Assembly (NCBI GenBank): GCA_030390025.1
Contig: CM059438.1
Location: 64,296,001 to 64,360,000 of the forward strand
Source of the DNA: Squalus acanthias
Taxonomy: Eukaryota
Length of the DNA: 64,000 bases
Direction: 5' to 3'
The notes under the pieces are model-generated. The model saw only the letters and a list, made by a program, of their open reading frames with translations. It was not told the DNA's origin and did not search any database. Below, one piece after another: positions 40,487 to 48,187 of this stretch (positions within the stretch are counted from its first letter, which is position 1; every line of letters begins with the position of its first letter). The translations under genes and the position numbers were made by a program.

Positions 40487-42136
40487 TGTAGAATTCGCAA
40501 TATATCGCGATTTTATTAATAAGGAGAAAACACAGAGTTTCGTTCAAACAGCTTTTATTTCAGCAGAATGCTGCCAGGTTTCTCAAAGTAGACACAAGCA
40601 GCCTGTAAAATGGCCGCCGCACCTCGTGACAGAACATTCTAGACTTTTCGACAGGCAGACAAGATGGCGTTCCAATAAACATTTGTGCAAGATCGATTAA
40701 GATTCAGCACAGTGAAGATAATACACGAGACATTATGGGTTTACAGTATACACATAAATACTGAAATCGGTCTCCCAGGTACGAATGAAAGCTATTGTAC
40801 CGAGTAATCAAGGGCCCATCCAAAAGACATTAATATGTAAAATCCCAACGACTCTACGATGAGAGAGCCGTTAGCAGGTAGTTATACAAAACACTTGGAA
40901 GCCCCAAAACCCCTCCAGGGAGAACACCGACCGATTTAACAATGGGAGAAATATTAACAGGTACTCAGACAGTTACGAGTAGCCCCGAAACCCATTAAGA
41001 ACGGAGATCACCCATACAAGACATTTGAGCGCCAGACCCTAACAAAAGAAAGGACATTAAGGTTGGGCGGGAAACGGAAGATTTTGTACTATAATTACAA
41101 GCTCCAACCGTCCATCTTAGCCTCTTATTCTCTTATCCGATCGACTCGTAACCTCGTGGCTGCTCCTGTGTTTTGACTCGTAGTCTGGTTCCTGCTTGCC
41201 TGGTGCCTCTTTGAAAAAGACTGTTGAACTTTCTGATCCGTTCGGATCTACCTCGTGTCGCGTAACGAAGACCTATGTTGGTAACTGGCAGCGGAACCAA
41301 AGGCCCGAGATGAGATGAGATGAGATGAGATGAGATGAGAAGAGAGGAAGACCATACTCATCGCCACAGTCAGTAAATCCCGACCGCGCCTGTAGGTCGA
41401 ATAGCCAAGTTTTCCTTGCCAGGAAGACTTCTTTGAACTTGTAAGAACGGTTCATCATCGATGATATTGACTGAGCTGTGAAACCTGCTCGGAAGAGTAC
41501 CTGTTAAACCAACCAACACAGATCTTCATCACAGCAGACGGTCCAGCCTGCTAGCCGGAGTAGAAGCAAGTAAACAAGTGGGACCAGGAGATCTCCTGAC
41601 CGACACGTGGGTGCTGCGGTGAAAAACATCCGATCAGCTATTCGGAATTTCTCCGAGTTATCACGAGTGGTGAGCATGAGTCTCGAAATCCTACGAATCT
41701 AGTTAGGACAGATATTGATAGGGGAGGGTTTAAGTATTAAGGATACGTGTAATGTGTGCCCCTATTTACGGTGTGTCGTTCGTTCCTCGTTTCCCTAGGA
41801 TCAGCTATATAACTGCTTGTAAGATTGTACTGTCATTAATCTGTGCTTATGACATGTATTTCATAATCTTAAATATCATGCAATAAAGATTTTCCATTTC
41901 GTACCATTTAACCGAGTCTACATGAGTTTCATCTCCATTACTGCTCTCGCATCTAAGTCCAGTGTCTAGAACCGTAAGGGCGAGTGATTCGAACCACTCA
42001 CAGGTGTGTCTAGTGCTCCCAGACTGGCTGGAGACCAGAACAGGCAACAAGGCCTAAACCCGCACTGACATACAGGCTGCACAGAGCCGCGTGAATCTCA
42101 CAGGCTGCGAGACACGCAGGGCCAGAATCCCTTACA
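40487..42136 (+). repeat. 5' LTR (1650 bp)
   Basis: Starts TGTAGAATTC and ends CCCTTACA; near-identical to 48188..49842; GC box/CGGAAG/TATAATT cluster at ~41065..41096; AATAAA at 41882..41887; (GAGAT)6. Confidence 0.96.
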
Positions 42137-42140
42137 GAAA

Positions 42141-43949
42141 ATGGCGACCGCGGCAGGACACTGGCAGCGAGAGGGTAGTGTGTTAGACTTTGGAATGACT
42201 GTACGAAATGTTATGCAGGAAAAGATAGCAGATTATGTGTTCGGAAAGGTTAATCTAACTAAGAAATGGATAAGTGAATTGTTAGCGGATAAAAGCCCGC
42301 TAGAGGCCGCCGAAAGGTGGACAGATAGTAAAGAACATAAAAAGACACTCGAGAAAGCAGTCTGGCTTATGTGTTACAAAAGGCAGGTCCAGATTTCAAA
42401 CCAGACCATTACAGCGCTAACAGCTCGAATCAGTCATTTAGAGGGAGAAATGGATGAGAAGGTTTCTGGAGGGGAAATGCTCATTAGGAATTTAAGTGCG
42501 TTGCACCAAGAACGCCAGGAAATCTCCAGTCACCATAAAACAAGGATAGATTACCTCGAGTGCCAGGTCACTGAGGCAAAGTTAAATGAGAGCAGGTTAA
42601 AGGAAAGATGTGCCCGCCAAGCTGCCCAGATAAGAACTCAGGAAGAGAGCTTAACGGGGGTTAGGGCGGCATATAAGTTGGCCCTTGAGGATAAGTTTCA
42701 GGGAGCCGATCATAGCGCCTGCCAAAAAGAGATAGAGCACCTCAAAAAGGCCGTAAACAAAGCGCACGGCATGGTGTGCCTTATCAGTCCGTCAGCACAC
42801 CAGCCGCTAGTAAGTGAGAAGTTTAAGAAATCCCCACCAAGTAAAGCAGAGGAAGTAGTAGCCACTGCTCCCTCCGCGCCACCCAGCTATTCGGAAACCT
42901 GGGTTAGGGAGGAAGCAATGGAAGAAACGAAAGAGCCCGTTGAGAAAGAAGTGGAAAAGGGACCGTTGTATCCAGTAACGGGTATTAAAAGGGGCCCAAA
43001 CAGAAACGGTGGGGAAGAACCAGGGGATCTCCTTGGACAGCTTGTGTTGCCTCACAGCTCACACCAGCTGAGAGCTATGATAAATCACGTACGGAAGCTG
43101 ACCGAGTCAGACGACCCTTCCGTACATTTCAGAGAAGTTGAGCAAGCCGCAGCCATTAACGGCTGCGATGATGGGGAAACAGCAAAAATGCTGCTGTTCT
43201 CATTAGACAGCTCGGTCCTTCAGTGTCTCTCAGGCGAGAGCAAGAGGGGAACCAAGACTTATGAGGAATTAAAGAATGAGGTCCTGGAAGTGTTGGGGGC
43301 GAACGATGAAGGTCCGTTTGCTAGAGTGGGACAGACAGTGCAGATGGAGGGAGAACCCCCGAAGGTTTTTGCCGACAGGCTGTGGCCAGTGTATGAGCGC
43401 AGCTGTCTAGGTGCGGCCGAGCGCGAAGATGTGGAAGGCGCCGGTTTAGCTCATTGGCTTAGGTGCATAATAGCCAACAGTTTACCAGCCGTCCGAGAGC
43501 AGGCAAAAGCATGGTTTGATCCCAATGACCCCAACATTACGGAAGAGTCGGTCTTGAATCGACTCACGTTAGGATATCGCAATATAAGGGGTATGGCAAC
43601 ACGTCCCCTTAAGGGAAAAGTACATGAGGTACGACCCGCAGCCCCGTATCAAAGAGAGTGGCATCAGGAGGGTAATCGCGCCCCACAGGCACGTAATGCT
43701 TGTTACGGGTGTGGGAAGACAGGGCACTGGCGCAAGCATTGCAGGAACCCTTGGAAAGATTCCAAGGATAAATATCCCGCGGTCCGAGCCCAGGCGCCTG
43801 TCCCGGCTAGGGAAGCTAATGCACCCACCCCTCCCGACGACCTCGAAGTAGTGTTAGGAGCCATGCGCAATCTATTGAGTGCACATGGAAAGGTGGCGGT
43901 CGCAACCGGCCCCGTAGGTGCCGCAGGACCGTCTAATAGTACCCAATGA
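42141..43949 (+). CDS. gag: Gag polyprotein, 602 aa (N-terminal coiled coil, PSAPPSY late domain, capsid-like helical region, CCHC zinc knuckle)
   Basis: Uninterrupted ORF directly after the LTR; CYGCGKTGHWRKHC (CX2CX4HX4C) at 43701..43742; PSAPPSY at 42870..42890; strong Kozak context AAAATGG. Confidence 0.9.
   Translation: MATAAGHWQREGSVLDFGMTVRNVMQEKIADYVFGKVNLTKKWISELLADKSPLEAAERWTDSKEHKKTLEKAVWLMCYKRQVQISNQTITALTARISHLEGEMDEKVSGGEMLIRNLSALHQERQEISSHHKTRIDYLECQVTEAKLNESRLKERCARQAAQIRTQEESLTGVRAAYKLALEDKFQGADHSACQKEIEHLKKAVNKAHGMVCLISPSAHQPLVSEKFKKSPPSKAEEVVATAPSAPPSYSETWVREEAMEETKEPVEKEVEKGPLYPVTGIKRGPNRNGGEEPGDLLGQLVLPHSSHQLRAMINHVRKLTESDDPSVHFREVEQAAAINGCDDGETAKMLLFSLDSSVLQCLSGESKRGTKTYEELKNEVLEVLGANDEGPFARVGQTVQMEGEPPKVFADRLWPVYERSCLGAAEREDVEGAGLAHWLRCIIANSLPAVREQAKAWFDPNDPNITEESVLNRLTLGYRNIRGMATRPLKGKVHEVRPAAPYQREWHQEGNRAPQARNACYGCGKTGHWRKHCRNPWKDSKDKYPAVRAQAPVPAREANAPTPPDDLEVVLGAMRNLLSAHGKVAVATGPVGAAGPSNSTQ
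42142..42159 (+). promoter_or_regulatory. Primer-binding site complementary to the 3' end of tRNA-Arg(TCG)
   Basis: TGGCGACCGCGGCAGGAC begins 5 nt after the LTR and is the reverse complement of ...GTCCTGCCGCGGTCG-CCA, the vertebrate tRNA-Arg(TCG) 3' end as I recall it. Confidence 0.85.
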
Positions 43950-43973
43950 CTAGACCCCACGCAGCCTGCCTAG

Positions 43974-45098
43974 CTGTGTCCTTTTAAAAGACACGCACAG
44001 GAGGGGGTCTGCGGTGAGGAGGCCAGGTTAAAAGAGCAGGCCTTGCGGGAGGAGAACGCCCGTTTAATAGGGAAAATAGATGGGCTGGAAGGGCAGCTTA
44101 GAGAGCAGGCCCTGCGGGAGGAGAACGCCCGATCAATGGGAAAGTTAGACGTGCTCAGGCTAGAAGGGCAGCTTAGAGAGATAAAAGCAGCCTACAGGGT
44201 AGCCAGGAGCAGGGAGTATGAGGATTTAAAACAGGATAGAAATCTGCAGCCTCCAGCAGGTGAGATCGCACAGAAACAAGCAGGGGCGGTGGCCTGTCTT
44301 AGGGGAGGGGCCAGACCTGCGAGTGGGGACTCGCAGCCCCAGGTAGGACCACAAGGCACACAGGCAAGCAAAGCAGCTTGTATCAGGGGAGGAGACATCC
44401 TGGAAGATCACGAAGCATTTTTGTGGGGATGGGAGTCAGATGAGGATAGTGATGAAGACGAGTGGTTTTTGGGGAACGGTCCCATTTTAGGTATAGGGAG
44501 GATACGGGCTGCAGATAGAGATCCACACAGGGTGGACACACAAGCTGCAGGTCCCGAAGACAGGAGGGAGGAGCTAGGGGAGGCGGGGCCAGCCGCTGTG
44601 GGAGCACAGGGAGTGACGGTGAGGACCCCAGAGACAGAGCAGCCCGCTTTGAACGTCCCGTCCTCGGGGGAGGCAGAGATCACGAGTGAAGGGCCGCCTG
44701 CTGGGCCGAGCAGGGCGGAGCCACAAACTGCGAGCCCCGAGGTTAGGGAGGCGGAGTCAGCGGAGGCGGAGCCACCGACTGTGGTGGAACCCCAGGTCGT
44801 CCCGATGGAAGTCTCGGAACCCGGTCCGTCAGTCACGGAACCCCCGCCCATGGCAACTCCCCGTAGGTCAAGTAGAGAACCCCAGCCCAGGAGGATGTGG
44901 TCATGTCCCCAGACTGCCCCAAGGCGTAGACTTAAGGTTAAGGCAACCCAGATACAGCCCGGCCCCATCGCAGCAGCAACAGGCTGCGGCAGATCAGAGG
45001 AAGGAATCAGTGCAACAACAGGCTGCGGCAGATCAAAGGGAAGGGTCAGTGCCCTCCCACCGTCGGGAAGAGCTCGCAGCAGCCTTCTCAGAATTTAA
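43974..45098 (+). CDS. ORF2: unknown coiled-coil/acidic/Pro-rich protein in frame with gag, occupying the pol position
   Basis: Open frame of ~1.1 kb in the gag frame after TGA 43947 and TAG 43971; first ATG at 44136; no protease, RT, RNase H or integrase motifs seen. Confidence 0.6.
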   Translation: MCPFKRHAQEGVCGEEARLKEQALREENARLIGKIDGLEGQLREQALREENARSMGKLDVLRLEGQLREIKAAYRVARSREYEDLKQDRNLQPPAGEIAQKQAGAVACLRGGARPASGDSQPQVGPQGTQASKAACIRGGDILEDHEAFLWGWESDEDSDEDEWFLGNGPILGIGRIRAADRDPHRVDTQAAGPEDRREELGEAGPAAVGAQGVTVRTPETEQPALNVPSSGEAEITSEGPPAGPSRAEPQTASPEVREAESAEAEPPTVVEPQVVPMEVSEPGPSVTEPPPMATPRRSSREPQPRRMWSCPQTAPRRRLKVKATQIQPGPIAAATGCGRSEEGISATTGCGRSKGRVSALPPSGRARSSLLRI

Positions 45099-45383
45099 AG
45101 GGGCCGCCCTGAGAACGGGCGGCACTGTATAGTAATAGTTTTAAGTTTTAAGTTCATAGTTCAAGGTTAAGTTTATAGTTTTAATAAGGTCAAGATTGTA
45201 GTGTTTTTAACAGAAAACGATAAAATGATGGGAGCTTTAAAAATAGGTTTAGTTAAAGTTTATTCAGCGAACGTTGAAGTTTACGTGAGGCGAGGTCAGG
45301 GGACCCGCTCACCCTTCACAGAAGCCAGAGACTCTTGCGAGGCTGGCTACCTCATTCTATCTGATCACAGGAACCAAGGAAGG

Positions 45384-47735
45384 ATGGAACGAATTCTAGT
45401 ATTGCTCGCGGCAATCGGATGTGGATTGGCCTATCGAGGCCGCACCAAGGATGTCGTGGTGTTTGGATGTTCCGGGGACACGGCCCCCATCGCGGTGGAT
45501 GGGACCGGAAGACGGGAGGCAGAGGAGACCAGCACCTATTTCCACAAGGGAAGGTGGCCAGGATGGCTGGGAACGAACTCAACGGAGTATTCTAGCACAT
45601 CGGGGTTTGCCTACAAAGAGACTTCTTTAATGTGCCCCAAAGTAAGGATCATCGCACCCAGGATCAGCGTCACCGTCGGCAAACGGATTTGTTTGACTTG
45701 TAGTGGGAATGTCCCATTGAGCCGATGGTGGTGGCTGCGAAAGCTGAGCAAAACTATGAGGAACTCTTCGGTCGAGTGGGAACGACTGGGTAATAATACC
45801 CATCGGACTATTACGGGGACAAACGGACAAGTGAAAGTCTGTTGGGACAAATGGTGGGAACCGGACGAGGGAATTTATGTATGTATGTGGGGGTCAAAGT
45901 ACGTTTGCCCCAAAGGCATCTCCATATTTTTCATTAATCAATGGCAGGATAACGGACAGGGGATGAGGTGGGATGCGAGCACCAGGGGGTGCGGAGCCCC
46001 ATTCTCCCCGATCCCAGTAAATGCCACTGAGCTCATTACGCGCCCACGCAAAGCCCCGCCCACGATTCCGGTGGTTCTAGCTGAGGAAGAAGGGTGCCCT
46101 AAAACTAGTAAGGGACCCGGGAATGGTTTGGTACTGGTCCCCACAGACCAGATACTATTTCAGGGGGTACATTACGCGGTGGCCTCGGTGATTTTAAATC
46201 TCACCGAGGTGCGGTTACCAGAGTGGTGCCCCAAAAAGACGGAACAGTTGTATCAGGTCCTGTTGACCAAGATGTTCAGACAATTTTACGAATTCGATTT
46301 CGCGGAAATTGATAAAACAAGTTTGTACACCGCACCACAGGAAGTTTTGGATCAAGTAGGGAGGCAAAGAAGGGGTTTGGTGAACGATGCGTTCACTGCT
46401 TTTAACACGGGTACATCTGTGGTCAACGCTCTAGACAGTGTGGAGCTGCAGACCCAGATTAATGGTTTAAGGACACAATTAAAAGACATTCTAACAGATG
46501 AGAATAAAGTGGTAGGGTCGGGTCTACACGAGGACCAAGCCATGACTCTCCATTTAAAGGAAATTATAGCAGAGTTGGAGAAACATGCAAAGACGGTAAA
46601 TGCCCTGATTAGGGAAGATCGGAATGCATCCGATCAAGCTGCGCAGAACGAGGTGTGCGTGCTTTACGGGGCGTGGTTACTGGGCGAGGGCCGCAGTAAT
46701 TTGGAGGATTTAAAACAAGGTTTGGTCCCGTCCTGGATAAGTAACAAACACCTGCGGGCGCTCCACCCTTTTCAGAACGCATTAAGTCCGTGCCAGCTCA
46801 GGCTAGCTTCAGAAGCATACCCAGTCCCCGTGGACTGCGGACGATCAAACCATACTATTATGGGAATAGTATTACGCATGCCGGTTTTGGGCGACACAGC
46901 AAAGCCCGCCCCAGTGTATCGGGTAGAGAACATTGGTGTCATTCAGGGGGGAGCCCACATTCGTTATGCAGCGGTTCCACCTTACGTCATCCGCTGGGAG
47001 CAAACGATGACAGGTACAGATCTCTCTGGTTGTCGTGGCAGGGGAGCACACATAATACTGTGCCCCCAGCACTTGAATGCCTTTTTAACACCACAGTGCG
47101 GGTTCAGAACGGCTGGCGCCAAGTCCATGAATTGCACCATGGAGGCAATGGCACAAGATCATGTGCCTCCGCAGGTAGCATACATCGGGGGTGGAACATA
47201 TTGTGTTACCACTGCAGCGCAACACTACCAGCATGGAAACCGTAGCCGGTGTCCGGTGAGTGACAGCAGTTTCTGTTTTAAACCCAGGGCGGAAGTTCAA
47301 GTAGCACAACAGCGAATCATCCCAATCCCTGAACCATCCACTGTTCATCTCACAGTAAAAGAGAATTTCACCGACTTGCAACGATTCGTCGTGCATTTCG
47401 GATACCTCATTCCCCCTCTCCCTGAACACCTCACCAAGCTTTTAAAAGCCGTCGCGGTATCACAGAAACATTTTTACACATTAGAACAGAAAACTGTCGA
47501 AATAGGAACAGACATTCTGGATATAGTGATTCCACCGTGGTGGAATCTGTTCACCAATATTGAAGTGCCTTCATGGATCAGAATAGCCTCCCACATTTTA
47601 GTCGTATGTCAAGTGTTTATTGTAGTGTACCTATTGGTCGTACATTGTAAAAGAGACAAACGCCTCACCAAGCATGAAAACACGGGAGAGTGGCGAGAAC
47701 GTTACGTGCGCGTGCACGATGAAAGCACCGTGTAA
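45384..47735 (+). CDS. env: Env-like type I membrane glycoprotein, 783 aa (signal peptide, Ig-like domain, furin site, fusion peptide/heptad repeat, Cys-rich F1-like region, TM anchor)
   Basis: MERILVLLAAIGCGLA signal peptide; RQRR|GLVNDAF at 46362..46373; 10 N-X-S/T sequons; hydrophobic TM at ~47583..47642; candidate splice acceptor CTGATCACAG|G at 45370/45371. Confidence 0.9.
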   Translation: MERILVLLAAIGCGLAYRGRTKDVVVFGCSGDTAPIAVDGTGRREAEETSTYFHKGRWPGWLGTNSTEYSSTSGFAYKETSLMCPKVRIIAPRISVTVGKRICLTCSGNVPLSRWWWLRKLSKTMRNSSVEWERLGNNTHRTITGTNGQVKVCWDKWWEPDEGIYVCMWGSKYVCPKGISIFFINQWQDNGQGMRWDASTRGCGAPFSPIPVNATELITRPRKAPPTIPVVLAEEEGCPKTSKGPGNGLVLVPTDQILFQGVHYAVASVILNLTEVRLPEWCPKKTEQLYQVLLTKMFRQFYEFDFAEIDKTSLYTAPQEVLDQVGRQRRGLVNDAFTAFNTGTSVVNALDSVELQTQINGLRTQLKDILTDENKVVGSGLHEDQAMTLHLKEIIAELEKHAKTVNALIREDRNASDQAAQNEVCVLYGAWLLGEGRSNLEDLKQGLVPSWISNKHLRALHPFQNALSPCQLRLASEAYPVPVDCGRSNHTIMGIVLRMPVLGDTAKPAPVYRVENIGVIQGGAHIRYAAVPPYVIRWEQTMTGTDLSGCRGRGAHIILCPQHLNAFLTPQCGFRTAGAKSMNCTMEAMAQDHVPPQVAYIGGGTYCVTTAAQHYQHGNRSRCPVSDSSFCFKPRAEVQVAQQRIIPIPEPSTVHLTVKENFTDLQRFVVHFGYLIPPLPEHLTKLLKAVAVSQKHFYTLEQKTVEIGTDILDIVIPPWWNLFTNIEVPSWIRIASHILVVCQVFIVVYLLVVHCKRDKRLTKHENTGEWRERYVRVHDESTV

Positions 47736-48178
47736 TCGGAAAATGGCGTCATTCCCGCTCGCCACGTGCGCCGCGGAAGTTTGTACTCGATCATGATTTT
47801 CAAAGATTGTAAATACGTTTGGGAACTCGACATGTTTTAAGAGTTGGTGTTGATTATTTTGGTGATGGTGTTACAGTTAAAAATGATTGTTTGGTTTTGG
47901 GTTTTGTTTTTCCTCTCCCTGAATAAAAGATGAATATACAGGTGATACGAGAGGCATCGGCCTGGTTACGCCGGGAAGGAAAACAAGTGGTGTAAGTTTA
48001 AGGGCAAATAAAGGCCCACGGTGATATAAAATGTAATTTTCTTGGGAAATAAGGACGACACAGAGACCCTAGCTAGGTTAAAATTATGGGATTAATTTGC
48101 TGGATTCGGAGAGAAATCGAGATCATATTGCTCACCACTATGATTTTTGATACGATAAGCGGAGTTATTCGCATCAAC

Positions 48179-48187
48179 AGGAGGGAC
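48179..48187 (+). promoter_or_regulatory. Short polypurine tract
   Basis: AGGAGGGAC immediately before the TG of the 3' LTR. Confidence 0.6.

Noticed and set aside
41273..42050. Antisense ORFs in the LTRs (61-79 aa), duplicated in the 3' LTR
   Set aside because: They are short, partly microsatellite-derived and frameshifted between the two LTRs, with no recognisable domain.
43950..45383. Cryptic pol gene
   Set aside because: I saw no protease D(T/S)G context, YxDD, RNase H or HHCC/DDE motif in the listed ORFs, and the interval is too short (~1.4 kb).
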